Assembly: GCA_050084985.1 (NCBI GenBank)
Contig: JBITNC010000001.1
Location: 18,476,001 to 18,540,000 of the forward strand
DNA length: 64,000 nt
Reading direction: 5' to 3'
From: Nageia nagi
Lineage: Eukaryota; Plantae; Pinophyta
Positions 13,030-27,800 of this stretch are shown here, in pieces. The notes under the pieces are model-generated. The model ran no database searches. It saw only the letters and a list, made by a program, of their open reading frames with translations, and had not been told where the DNA came from. Numbering within the stretch: the stretch's first letter is position 1; every line of letters begins with the position of its first letter. Position numbers and translations under genes: made by a program.

Positions 13030-14944
13030 ACACGCCCACATGGTACTTCACCCAGAAACTCAGTCCAAAACCTGACAGTAGGATGATATAGGGTGCCTAC
13101 AGGATGACGAACTACCCAATGACCCACTAACAGCACCGGCGAAGGCAGACAAAGAAGAGGGGCGTCAATTGCAGGTCTACAACCAAAGAGTCGATGGGAG
13201 ATCGCATAGGCTATAAGCCTATCTACGGAACGTATGGTGCTTACAAGGAAGGAGAAGGGATTCGTACAGGCTTGAAGCCTTACACCCATAATACTCCCCG
13301 ACGTGGCCAACCAAGGTTATTGGAGTCCCATGTTGGGTTGCCCAACTTTGGGGCTCCATAGCTTGGTCAAACCCTAGATGGGTTAAAAACAAAACATAAA
13401 CTTTTATTTTTGTTTCTTCAAAAATTGTAGAATACAACACGAGTTTCAAAGCAGAGTTATCCAATAATTAAATGAGGATATAGAAGAATAGTATGGTCTC
13501 TTATTAAAATTGTAAAACATAGTCTATTTTAATAAGATGGAGATAAGTTAAAAATCTTTTATAGAATTCTTGGAGAAGCTCTATGAATTTCAAGGTAGTC
13601 TGACATGACAACTACAAGATCTGAGACCACCATTTATTTTACTTGGTGTTTTATCAAACAATTATTATTATTTTAAAGTTAAAATTTAAATGTTACATCA
13701 TTTTGGTGATTTTGCTCACTTTTCTTTTGGATTAGATAATATCATTATTTAATCTTTCAATTAATGAACAAAAGGATGAAGATGGTCTTATCTTTGACAC
13801 TAAGGATTATCTTGAATATACTTTGAATTTAATGATCAAAGTTTGATTGATCAAAATTTACATGGATAAAGACGTCATTGTCTATATCTTAAGTTATTAT
13901 CTAATGTGAATTACTAAGTGAAAACAATATATCTATTATGAAATAGTATTTTCTTGATAACTTACATAGTTGATGACAACATGTTGTCATAGTATTATGG
14001 TAGGAGTGCATCCTTAATATTATTCAAAAGGTAAGATCAAGTGTTTATAGAGTATGAGTGCATGGTTATATTCAATTAAGATTGTGATCAATAATGCCAA
14101 GTGCAAGAAGCTAAATATATAACAAGTAAAGGGACTTGACAAGAGTGCTAATAAAGAAGCTTAACATGGGTTTAAGCTAAAATATGTACAAAGAGATATT
14201 TAGGTTTAAAATTCTTAGTCTTATGATATAAGATCTAAACTAGGATGGATAAGGTATCATAAGAACATCTACATCAATATAACATTAGGATGGAATACTA
14301 TGTGTATGTGCGCACTACTCGAGTCAGAGATAATATATATAGGCATCATAGGACAAATCGAGAATAACAATTCGTGGTTATATATAGATAAAGACTATTA
14401 CAAATTCAATTGGTATTGTATGATCAAATAATAATTAATACCTCAATTATGTTACCATATGTATTTTATTTTGTAAGACCATCTAATAACAAAAAAAGAA
14501 GTAAATTATTCCATTAAATATTTATGATGAATGACAAAAAAAATTATAATAAAATAGAAAACAAACTTAACAAAACAAAGTTAACCCTCTAACGATTTTG
14601 AAAAATCTTAAGAAAATAAAAAATATTTTTCTTGAAATATATTCATCATTATTTTCTATTTTAACACATTTTCAAAACATATAAATAACTTTATACTTGA
14701 TAAAACATCTTAAACCTTCATTAAAAAATAAAAAACTATTTTTTTAAGTTATATCATACCAATATAAATATTTGTATTTTATTTTTATACTATTTCTTTT
14801 ATTATAAAATGAAATATTTTAATATTCTTTGATCAAAATTTTCTCCAGCTAGCATACTTCTTTTTTCCCCTTGAGAAAGGACTGGGTCACCATGTTCTTC
14901 ACTTTTATGGTTATGTTCTTCTTTACTTTCCTTGGACGAAAAGA

Positions 14945-17900
14945 AGGTTTTGGATTTGGCTAATACATCATTTATATAATCTTCCATGATATCATGTATG
15001 TAATCATGGAAAATGTATGTCATTTCTCATTGGTAAGTAGCTCCCACATTCTTTAGGCCAAAAAGCACTACTTTATAAAAAAATGTTCCCCAAGGTGTTG
15101 TGAATGTTGTTTTATGTTGATATTTTGGTTATACTTTTATTTGGTTGTATCTTGAAAATCCATCCATAAAGATAACATTTCATGTCCAATAGTAGAGTCA
15201 ACCAAACTATCTATTTTTGATAGTGAAAAATCATCCTTAGGGAAAGCTTTATTTAAATCTCTAAAATATGTGGATATGTGAATCTTCCAATTGGACTTTT
15301 TAATCGGTACCATGTTGGAAATCCAATCAGAATAATCAATAGGATGGATGAACTTGGATTCTAAAAGTTTTTGTAACTCTTCTTTTACCATTAATTTTAT
15401 TATTAGATGCATCTTATGTAATTTCTATTTAACCAATTTAGCATCTTCTTTAATACCTAGGTTATGCACCACTAAGTTCAGATCTAGTTTCGACATATCA
15501 ACATATAATAATGCAAATATTTTTTATTTTTCTTTAAGTATAGATATGCATTATTATCTCTCATATTTAGTTAGTGATTTTTCTAGTTGAATAATCTTAG
15601 GATTGTTAGGATCATCACTTAAGTCAACCTCAATGGTTTCTTCAATTAACATGTGAGACCCTTCTTCCAACTACTTTGGTATCAAAATCCAATTTTTATC
15701 ATTTATGTTGTATTCTTCTTCTTCACCTAAATTTTGGTCTTCCAAGGTTGTATTTATGTTGAATTATAAAGTTTGTAATATAGTATCTATATATTTAAAA
15801 TCTTGTACTGTAGGTAGTTTAGAGATTAATGCAAAATTCGTAGTGTCTTCATCTAGCCAAAAGTATGATGAATAACTATTTGAGTTTATCAGGATTGATG
15901 ATTTAAACTCATCACTTCCAAACCAATTAAAAGATTTTTTTTTTTAACTTCATTAGATTTTTTGTGATTTATACCATGTTACTTGATACAACATAAAGAA
16001 ATAATCTTTCTAAAGATAATGTTTCATGTTCCACATTATCTTTAATTATTTTCCTTTTAGATTTTTCACATGACTTTTCATATCCTAGCTTTTTTGGTTC
16101 TAGATCAACTATTTTACAACCATATTCCTTTTGATTCTTACTTTTGTATCCCAATATTTTTTTATTAGTACGTAATTGGTAATAAACATCGATTGTATAT
16201 CTAGGTCCTTATTCATATCGACCTAAACCTCATCCTTTCCATTGAAATCTATCAAAATATCTTCGAATAAACAACCTCACATAAGGGGATAAATAATCTA
16301 ATGAATTACAGAAAACACCTTCATGTGGTTGAGGTAGAGGAAGTACAGTGGTTCTATAGGACCTGTATAAACAAATATTGTTTGATTAAGAACTTTTCCT
16401 AATGGCACCAATTTCCCCACTACATTGGGAGACTCTTTTAGTCTTCCAATTTCTTGAGTAGAATGAACACTGAAAATAACATCATCGGTTTCAAATTCCC
16501 TTATACCAAAATCTATCAATTTTATGGTTATCGGGTAAATATTTGATGACTTATCATTTCTTGTACAATCATCACTTTTTACTAATGTATCCATGGGAGA
16601 AGATATTTTTGATGAGGAAGATTTACTTAACTCATCAAACTTTTGCACTCTTTCCTCCCAAGTACATTTTTGTTGAGGCACGGGTTCTATTTTTGGCAAA
16701 GAATCATTACTAATCTTTCATTGAATTTTGGATGATTCTTGATTGATAGTATGTTCTTCATTTGAAGAGCTCAATGCAAAATTATTATTACCCACCCTAA
16801 CAATTGATTATTTTTCTAGTGGTATTGGTGTTGTAAAATAATGAGTAGATGGTAAAGCTACTTCTTTTGATAAATGTGCACTATTACAGTGTGAATATGA
16901 ATTTTCATCTCTATGCACATAATCCACTACACTCTTGTGAATGTACTTTAAACATTTATGATAGGTTGATGGAATGTATTTCATGTTTCTAATCCAAGGT
17001 CTTCCTAAAAGGATGTTATATTGAGTTATGTCTCCTTCAATTACTTATAATATTGTTTGCACTATTTTAGACCCTACAGTGATAGGTAATGAAATTTATC
17101 TCATTGTTGAACATAAAGTGTCATTGAATGCTTTTAATTATAATATTGGTGCACAAATATGTGAAAATGGAAGATTCAAATTCTTATACATAGTTGTTGA
17201 CATATTATTTATCATTGAACTTTCATCAATTAATATTATTTTAAAATCATTTTCGTCCACCTTAGTTATGATATACAAAGGAGGATCTTTACCATGAGTC
17301 TCATTTGATTATTTAACTTCATGATCATACAAAATAAAAGTAGTGTTTTGAATTATTTTAATTTTCCCTACAAAAGGCATAAAGCTTTTAGGATCATTTA
17401 TGTCCAACTTAATTATCTATAATAATTGTTTCATTACATATATATGATTCTTAGATTATTGTAGTAACTCGAATAGAGACATTTTCACTTACAAATTCTT
17501 TAATTGTTGATGTATGGCTCCTTTCACTAAAACCTTGAGAGGTTGGGGTCTAGGTATGTTGGGCTATATAACAACCTCATCTGGTTGATTGTTTGGATTA
17601 TTATTTTATCTTCATTGTACCCTCTAAGCTCTCATAGTAATGTTTACCATTCCTACAAATGTTGAGTTTTTATAACTCTAATTATGTGTTACTTGATTCT
17701 CAAGTGGATGCATTGAAATATTGTTAGCTTGATGTTGAGGAAGAGGATTTTGATAGATTTCAAAATTTTAGTTAGGGATAGCTAAAGGATTATCAACTTC
17801 CAATTTTCCTTGATCAATTAGATTTTGAATTTTATATGTTGTAAAGTTTCACACCTATTTGTATCATGACCCTTTTGGCGATGGAAATGAAAAAATTAAT

Positions 17901-20900
17901 TTTCATTATACCATATATTATTTTTAGCATTAGGATGTTCAAGTATTGTATCTGGTAATGTAATTACTTGATGATCATAGATTTTCTTCAGAATATCATA
18001 AAGAGACTTTGACAAAGGTGTGAACTTTCTTTTTGGTCTAAAATTATTTTCCTCTTTTTATGGAGGGTTTGGTTATGCTTATTTGATGATAGAGATTTTG
18101 TTAGCTGATGATGGTTTACTTATTTGTTCTATTTGATTTTATTTTTAACATAAGGTTCCTTTTTCTTACCTTTTATCTCACCATCTTGGATCTTGATCTT
18201 TACAATTATAACATCTTGAGAGATGGCTTCGTCGAAGGTCTTATGTTGTTGAATCAATAGGGTACTAGCAATCGACCTCAAAAGAACTTTAACTAAATAT
18301 TTTTACCAATTCTTCTTGAGGTAGAATGTAAGGCATTCTTATCAATATTACCCTCCATATCAAGATGAAATCAATAATTGATTCATCTTGGAATTGTTGT
18401 AATCATGTAAGATTAGTGATGGAAGTTTTATTTTTAATATTTATTCTTAAATGTTCCAAGAAATTTTTTTCCAATTGAGCATATGAATGAATGCTATATT
18501 CTATTAGGTTGTATAATCCATTGCTTGTCTAGCAAGTTTCATGGGAAAGATATGTAGCATTAATGCATCATCATTAGTAATAACATAACTTGAATACTTA
18601 AATCCTCTAAGATGTTCTTTAGGATCTTTCTTTCACTTGAATGGTTCAATTTTTAGAATTTCAAATTTGAAAGGAATCTCTTTTTTGGGAACACTTGGAT
18701 GAAAAGGTTCATTGCAAATTATTTCATATGATACCTTTTGTTTATTTTGCAAACGTAGCTCTTTTTCAATTTCCATCAACCCTTTATGAAGATCATTTGT
18801 TTCTTTTAGTTGATTTTGATATGTGAGGTATTCATCATTTCTATGATCCATGTTTCCTTCATACCTTTGGAATGATTCATGTACTTGTTCAGAAGGTGTC
18901 TGGCACCATAGTAAACTCCATCATATGATGGATAAGGTGGTGGGGGTTGAATGGAGGTAATTAGTTTTGCATTTGTTTTTGGTTTAATGGTGATCTAGGA
19001 GGATAATGTGATTGTATCTTATTTTTAAATGGAGGTAAATGATACCTTTGAAGCTCATCTTTTCATTTTCTAAGTGAAGCTTCTTTTCTCTTAGCTAGGT
19101 AAGGGTCTTGATATTTAGACACTCCATGAACTTGTGGTGATAGAGATCATGCCCTAGGTTGTTATTTTTTATCTTTCCCCATCATTTGATTAGGTCCAAA
19201 TTGGATTTGGATATTTTTCTTATTGGTAGTCTATTTTGATGTACATTGAGCATGGATTGTGCTTGCAACCATGGTTGTTGAACAAATCTGATGGGTTTAG
19301 TTTGTTGTTATACACCTAGATTATACAAAACCATTTTATGTTATGGTTGGCGTTGTATATTATTTTGGACTGGATTTTCTTTTGTATGTGCATAGGGAGG
19401 TATTCCTTGTAATCTATACTTTATAAGATCATGATTGTATCTTACTTCACATCCTTGTTTAGGTGTTCTATGGATTGATAAAGGATTTGGTGTATTTGAA
19501 TTTAAAATATAACAAGGGTTATTATAAACTCTAGAACAATATCTTGATTCTAGCATAAGGGTAGCTATGTGTATGGAGATTTAATCAACAAATTCTTTTA
19601 TTTTCCTAGATATGGTGGGAGGAGTATAATCATATATTCTTAGATATGATTGAACTAAACATCCATCCAGTAGATAACGTTTGGTATGATCATACTTCAT
19701 TCTAAAAGGACCTCTTTGAAGGATGGTAATAGTTGAATGATTTTTTTAAGGGGGTATATTTCTTAATACAATCTCTTCTACACCATCAGCTGGTTATGTG
19801 TCTTCTGCTAAATAATCTAGGTCTAAATGAAGACTATAGGCATGAGAAGAATGAGGGATTCATAGTTTTGTTAGAATTTTTATTACTATATCTAAGTCAT
19901 TATCAATAGAATTTAAATAAGCTGAATTTATTTCTCAAGGAGTTTCTCTTCTCGAAGTGTTCCTACTAGACCTATGACTCCTTCAATCTTTTAAATAGTT
20001 TTTGTTGTTTGGTTCTTACTCTTGATGAGCCATTTGAGACCAAGAGTTAACCATTTTTTAGTTTTTTGATAATGTTTTTATTTGTATTTTTTACCAAAAT
20101 ATAGGGAAAAGAAAGCAAAAATTGAACATAGCAATTCTATTTTTATCTTTTAGATTTATGTTTGTGAGAAAATAATTATATGCACAAACAACCTAAATGC
20201 ATACTCCCCTTTTCAATGTGATTATATTTTTCTCACTTGTTGGTATATTAAATTAATCTTTTTAATGAGTGGTATAAATTGTACATTTTATATTGTTAAT
20301 TTTTCTAAATTTTTTTGTCTAGTCAAGTGTTTAAGTAAGGTAGGTTGGTAATCCTATAAGCAATATAGGGATAAGCAATGACTTGGTACTTAAAGTGGTA
20401 CCTTGAGTACAATGGGGCTTGATTAATTCCATTGAGAACTATCTTGGTGATGAAATCCAGGTATAGCCATTTTTTTATAGTCGTTTGATAGAAAGTAATG
20501 ACTTCTAACCTATGAACTTGATATTCATCTCTAGGTTTTAGCTCTAAAACACATTATATTTTTTCAGTGGGAACATAAGAGAATAAGAATCAATGGTTGA
20601 TAATGACCTCCAACTCATTGATGTTCATTTTTAAAGGTCTCATGATTATATATTTAATCAAAATAAAATGCTTGTTGATATAATTTCTAACCCTCTCGAT
20701 CATACACATCCATTAATTAAGCTTTTTAAATGTGATTCAAACAATATTTTAATTAATGTGCAAGTTGATCTAGATACCCATAAGATTCATTACCTTTTAA
20801 TGAGATTTATTAACCAAAAGAAATATTAAAAGGTGGTTTAAGTTTTTAATGTGAATTAATTTCCTTTAATGCAAGTTTGTTTCCCCTCAATATGAGTCCC

Positions 20901-22519
20901 AATCCTTTGACCACCTTTTGAAATGATAAGGAAGACAAGTAAGAGTATTAATGTCTAGAAAATAACCACCAGATTCATTACCTTTTAGTATATCATAATT
21001 TACCTTAAAATCGATAAATTCATCTTATGTTCATTCTAGACTTAATGATGATTAATTACACCTTCTAAGTGTGGAAGTAACTTAGTGTAGATTCTTTTAC
21101 CAGATTAATGTAATAAAGTAAAAAAAGAAAAAAAATTATTTACCCTTTTTCAATTGCATCCATTTTGGTCACCTCAGATTGTTTTTCTACACAAAGGGAG
21201 AGCATATGTGGACAAGATAAAAAAAATATTAAGTGAATGAGTTTGTTTGTTTGTATTATCCCTTCCCAAATAGAGAAGAAATAAATATACTTTTGAGAGT
21301 TAAAAAAATAAAATACCAAAAATAATGCATATTATTACTGATATTCAATACCCTCCCTTACATGCATTCTAAGCATAGTAATCATAAACAAGGTGTTATT
21401 TTTTATCCTTAGTCTTAATTCCTAAGTTGCACTTGCAAAATTGATGAGAATAAAAAAATTAACCTTTTGTTCATAGTTGCTAGCATCTTTATAGAGTCAT
21501 TGGAATTTTGATATAGTCGTTGGCATCTGATATGCAATAATCAACATTTTTGCAACTTAAGCCTGGAATAATATAGAACACAAAAAAATGAAATCAACTT
21601 CACTACCACACGATGCAAACCATAAAAATATGAAAAACCCCATGCATCTTATCACTGATGTTGTTTGCATACAAGGGTCCTCCTTCTAGCACCAGAATAT
21701 CATACTCAAAAAGTAACCATGTTAGTAAACAAGACAAGACATGTTACAACCAACATTTTTCTTTATTGCTCTTAAGTAGACCTCAATGATACAAATGATG
21801 AATCTATTTTGATTCATTGCCTTGCAAAAGGGATTTTTACAAAAGAATGTTTAGGCATTTGTATGCCTATTTTTAGTATCTGAAAGTCTCGAAGATTATC
21901 TTTTGAAACCTACAAAAGGATGTGGATCTCTCTATTCTCTTCAACTCCTTAAGACTTTCTTTGATCAGTTCAACTACTCTGCAACTATGGACCCTACACA
22001 CATGCGAATAGAAAAGACATCAAACATATATGTTCATATCATGAAATCAACATAAAATGAGCATAAATAAGCATCTAAAATGTATACTAATAATGTATCT
22101 AACTCAATAAAACCTGGATGTGTTTCAATAGAGTAGATTTGTATTCAAACTGGGTCCCTTTGCTTCATGATAGAAGGCTTTATTTATAGATTTTAAAAAT
22201 AGGTAAAGTTTCCAATTTTGAGATAAAAATTTGGATAAAAAAGCCTATCCAAATTTGTCATGGTTATGATATGAAGTAGGGATGTGTGGGATGGATGATG
22301 AATCATATGTTATCTTTTTCTTTCTTTCTAATATGGTTTAGAAGTTGCCATTTTTATTTTGCTTTTTCCAAATATAGAGTCTTTGAATTCTGGCCTGAGT
22401 CGTCAACAATTGAAGTTGGAAGTTGGCATTTGGCAAATTATAGTAAAATTTTAATTTTAATTTTAATTTTTTCATCCTTCTTTCATATATTAAAAGAAGG
22501 TCATTTTTGGGTGTCTACA
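14945..22519 (-). mobile_element. Degenerate Ty3/gypsy Ogre/Tat-type retrotransposon: 5' LTR 21698-22519, PBS-Leu, long leader, gag, protease, G-patch, RT truncated after the YxDD motif
   Basis: PBS TGGTGCTAGAAGGAGG at ~21679-21694; LTR ends GGGTGTCTACA at 22519. gag FEILKIEPFK..DPKEHL (~18610-18670). RT motifs WISNMVPIKK, FRDLNKAFPKDDF, MTYIFHDYIHDIMEDYINDVLAKS (15412-14945). Confidence 0.9.
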
Positions 22520-24860
22520 AGTGTGTTTTGATAAGTAATGATGCCATTAATATTGTATGCATGATACCAAGGCCAATAATATTTTTTAATGCAATATTAG
22601 TCTCCCTAATGAGGCATTGCATACCTAACACTTGGATCTTGTAAATTAGAATACCTAGGTAATATTATGACTCACATGCTTTGATATGGCACACTTATCA
22701 TTAAATGGATCCTAGATCTAGATGTTGTACAAAGAGAGCATATTGACCCACACATTGGGTATTTGGGTATCTCGAGGCCCCACATCTCAACCTTGGAGGC
22801 TTAATAGTAAGTGGTGATACTAAGGAACATGGAAGTATCCCCTTATCCAAAATTGGTATTCTTGGCCCTTGGATGTGATTAATCTCATCCTAAGTCTTTC
22901 TATCTTAAATATTGGTATCATGAGCACACAAATCATTCTTGTAAATCGTTGGATCAACTCAACTTGAGATTAGAAGATCAACCACCTAGCCTATAAAAGG
23001 AATATCACTAGAACACATGAGATATGCTAAATTAATTAAACCTCCTTCTATCAGATTGAGTGTGAGAACTCTATCTTTTCAACTTCTAAGCTTCATTCTT
23101 TATTTGAGGTCTTGAGGTGATTAAAGGCTAGCCTCTTTCTTACTCCATCCATTAAAGAGAAGAATTTGGTTGTTCCATTGGTAGAGAGGTAAGGAATCCT
23201 TGGGCTTATCCTTATCATTGTTGTGATTAGTGATGCCTTGAATCCATCTATAATAACCCTATTAGATATAATCCCGATGTAAGTTCCTTAGGTATCAAAA
23301 ATAGCATCATTACAATATTATTATCAAGGTATTATAATTAAGGCTCTCTCATCTTTTAATTCAATCACATTATTTTGATATCATTATCCTATTATATCAT
23401 ATTTTCTTGAATGTTAGATCTAGGAGTATGTTTTGGCATTATTAATTTGTATTTGGCTTCCTAATCACCTACATTAGGTAATTGATCATAATATAGTCTT
23501 AACACTAATAGCTAGATGTTGGATGTATTATATCATTTTGTGCTTAATTGGTGAGATATAGAGGTTAAATATAAATGTCCCTCTCCTAAGGCACATTTGA
23601 GCATGAGCCATTAGGCTCATCATAATGGTATCAAAGCCTTGATTATTCCATCTTGTTAGAATCAAGGGTTTCACATAGAATATTTTGAGATTGTCTAAAG
23701 AGCTAAGATCTTTCCCTTTTGTTGGGTAAGAATTGTAAGGAGGAATTCTAAAGAATATCTCTTCATCTTGCTAGAGAGAAGAGGTTAATTTAAAGGAGTT
23801 CTCTTCATCTTGTTGGCAAGTAGCTATTGAAATAGATCTTATCATCTTGCTAGAAGATCTAAGGAGAATCAAAGATAACATAGTAGTTATTTTTTGGAAT
23901 CATAGTGGTATTGAGGAGAGTGAGAGTTGAGGAGATTTGAGGCATTTTAATTCTTGGATCTAGCTCATTCAAACACTATAAAGCTAATATTGATTTTTTT
24001 ACATGAGAATTGCTAGATCTAAACATTGAGAGTTGATGTTGAGGTTCAAGGCATTGGATCTTATTTGGAGAATAATTTGTTGCATCATTGAATCCTTAAT
24101 ATTACAATTATGAGCATCAAATTTCAAACATGGATTTCCTAGAAAGCAACATTAGATTCAAGGGCATAAAATTTGTGAATTGAAGGACCTTGGAGGAAGA
24201 TGTTAGGAATCTAAACACTAGATCTCAATATTGGAGTAGTTCGTTGGACCTAATTTAGCTACATTTTCAAGTTTGAAGGCTTCAAGGAGGTTCATCTAAC
24301 TTGGTGAGAGGTATTTTTTGAAAATTTTCATCAAGTTTAAGGTTCATTTATGCATTGAAGACCTAGATCTGGCATTCATTTGGCCATTCTAAGGCCATTA
24401 TGGAAGTTTAAGGAAAATCTATGAATCATTTGGAGTTTTTGAAACCATTCAAGAAGGTTGTTGGGCATTTTTGAGACCATTCAGAGGTTCATTTGTATTC
24501 TAAAAGGATATATTCGGTATTTATAAAAATCATTATACATTCTTGAAGGGTTCATTTGACCACTAGGAGAGTCAAATTTCAAAATTTGACATATGTTTGC
24601 CTCGGTGAGAGCAAAATGGAGGTAGCTTGAAAGGATATGTTGAGCTTTTGGGAGGCTTAACTTGTTATGAATTTATGAAATTCAATCATTAGAGATTGGA
24701 ATTTTGAGATCTTGGCATGCTTTGCTAATATTTAGTGATATTTTGCATCAATTCTAGAGTTTTGGGTCATTTTTGTAAGAATGTTAAGCTTGAAGGAGGC
24801 ACAATGTGAATTAGAGTTAATTTTCAAGCCCTTGGACCACATTATCCATCATGGAATGAA
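22520..24860 (+). mobile_element. LTR (to 23622) plus PBS-iMet and non-coding internal fragment of another LTR retrotransposon
   Basis: CTATAAAAGG TATA-like motif at ~22991; ..CATCA LTR end at 23622, then TGGTATCAAAGC at 23626-23637. Outer boundaries are approximate. Confidence 0.6.
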
Positions 24861-27800
24861 TCAAATTTCAGGTTTGAGCAATTTTATTTTAAGTTTAAAA
24901 TTATTTATGGATTTAATTTAATTTAGCAAAAATAAGGAGGAAAATAAAAATTAAATTTGGAATTATTTTATTTTATTTTATTTAACAAGTAATTTAAATT
25001 TGGAGAGATAAGGTGTTATTTTTGGAGGTAGTATATTTTATTGTTCTCAAAATTTGAATTTTGGAGGGAAAATAAAATGCAAATATGAAAAGCAAAGTTC
25101 AAATTATTCTTGAAGCTCTATAAATCTAGACATTGGGATAGAAGGAGAGCACATTATTTTTTAGAGCCAAAAATTAAAAATTAGAGAGAAAGAGGGAGGC
25201 ATTTGCAATAGGATAGCTTAGAGACTTATGTGACACCTTCAAGGAGTTCGTTGGGAAGCTAGATGGTTTAGACGCATGCATTGAACACTTGAAGGATAAT
25301 TAAGCACCAAGGAGAACTTCATTTGGATTGGTAGGGCTATTTCTCATAACCAATTCATCCACCTCTAGAGAGCTTGATTCGAAACATTGAGAGCAATATC
25401 CTAGACACAAGTACCAATTGATTAAGGGAGGTGATACAAGCTAATTCATTTGATCATATTTGATCCTTGGTTACCATGGAAACTTAAGATCTGAGCATGA
25501 ATGAGGAATTTCTCCAAAAGATCCCTAGAAACTATAGATTTTATTATTATTGCAAGGAATTTTTGATGTCAAACCACCATTGTGAAAGCTAAGACAAGGG
25601 CTTTCATAAACACCCTAAAATTGCATTTTATCCTTTTGATGGTATTTTATATATATTTATGATACTTAAATTATTTTATCATATCATGTTATACTGATGT
25701 GTTATGCAACATTCCTTATAGGTTCAACAGATGATTTTTTGACACTTAGTATTTTTTAACATTATGTTCTAGTTGTTCGAATAATTTTCTAACCATCTAG
25801 ATGATTTTGCAAGCATCCAATCATACGGATGGTTCTGACTATTCTTTTTATAAATAAGTGGCTTGGGATAACTTTTCAAGGACTAACACTTCATTTTTCA
25901 TACAACTTTGAGCATTCTAAATTATTTGAACATGAATTTAAGCCTTATGACATCATTTGTGAAGGGTTACAATATCAATACTTGAGCTTATACTTTGGAG
26001 CCTTGGGATGTCATCTTCCTACTTGGTAGATTGAGGTATTCCTAATGGTTTCTTGATTATTTACTATTGATGATTGTGTTTCATGAGTTTTGTAAGTTAT
26101 AGATCATCTTTTTGATCCATTGGTAAAGCTTTTATCCTTTAAAACTTATTATTATTTAAATTGAATTAGCATTTAGGCATAGTTATGCTAAACCACACAC
26201 CTAAGGTATCAACCTAGGGTTTTACCTTTAAGGTCTAAACCTTAGGGTTTGTTCTTTGTTTATGGCTAGTTAGTATAGATTATTCTAGATCTATCATTCT
26301 CTAGGTTCTTGTTCATCATTATTTTCATTATTTATTCATCTTAGTAAAGGATTTGTACATCTTTGAATCTTTATCACGTCTTATTATACCTAACACAAAT
26401 ATTTTTCAATTGTTCATTTAGCCTTATCATTAGTCTATGTTTGATCACATCAGTTGCATCATAGGCATAACACTATTTTCTATCATCTTGTTGATTAAGG
26501 ATTAGGGAGCTTACAATCTTGTAAAGTTCGGGTTGCAGCCTAATTGAGTGATCACAAGGTCTTAAGGACTTGTGATTTGAATCTCCTTTTAACATTTATC
26601 TTCATATCAAGTTTTAGATATCATTTGGACATCTTGGACACAAAGCACATTCTCTCATCCTTTATCTTTTCAAATTGGCTTATCACAACATAGGAAAACT
26701 AGTGTAGAAATGCATATTTATCCTTGAATTGCTCACAAGGTATGTTAAGTGGTTTAGTTGTAGTAATAATAGGCATTTACAAATGGCAATAATGGTGGCA
26801 TCATGTTGGTCCTATATTTGCAAAGCTAAGAGGATTTTTCAAGCTTCTTTCCATTCTTTTTATGAATTATTAATTTAGATATTCCCCATTGTTTGGAGCA
26901 TTTGTGTGGTTGATTCTATTTGAAACTTATAGGAAGGTCTTATAAATATGAAAACCTTAAAGACTCAACCTAACTACAAATCAAATCATGCTTCATATTA
27001 TCGATTATGATTGCAAATCATCCTCATTTGAAAAATTATGTAGGTTTTCCATATGACTCTGTAGTCATGTTGTACCTAAACAATTTTGCTTGCATTTAAG
27101 TTTTAAGTAAGTTTTAGTTATTTTTGCTTAATTTCACACTTGTATTTAGGTGAAAATAGTCCATTGTAAGGTTTATCTATAATATATGGGCACCCTTGTC
27201 ACAAGACTTATCATATCCTTGTCATAGGATTTTACTTCGGTAATTATTTCTTAGTCATTCAAAATTTTCTTTGCAAAATTTTTGTCATCTATACAAATTC
27301 TAATCTTTTGGATTGTTAGAACTATTTTCATAGTTGTCCTTGTAGTGGATGATTCTATGATAGAGAGGTGTAACCCTCATTTGCACTTCACGATTTGGAG
27401 TGGGAAGGAACGATTTCGAATGGGTAAGAATTTGAGTCAATTTTAGTACTTGGTCTATACGATTTGGTTACTATCTTCATAATAGGATTGTCCTTATGTT
27501 AGTGAATTTTGCATTGCATTTGTAGGGATTGGTTGCACATAAATAAAATATAATTTGGGTTTAAAATACAATATTGAAAAAGGGAATTACTTATTGTTGG
27601 AACTTGTTTCATAAGTGTTATGTTCATAAAAAAGTTGCAACTTTGCATTGTTTTGATTTTGAAAAAATAAGAAAAAGTTTTCAATTATCATCCTTGGGTG
27701 GGAGTGCTTGCTTTTTATTTGAAAAATGAAAAAATGTTGAGGGATATAGTTGCATTTTCATTTAATCATAGGGTTGCATTTCATATTTTTTTATTTGCAC

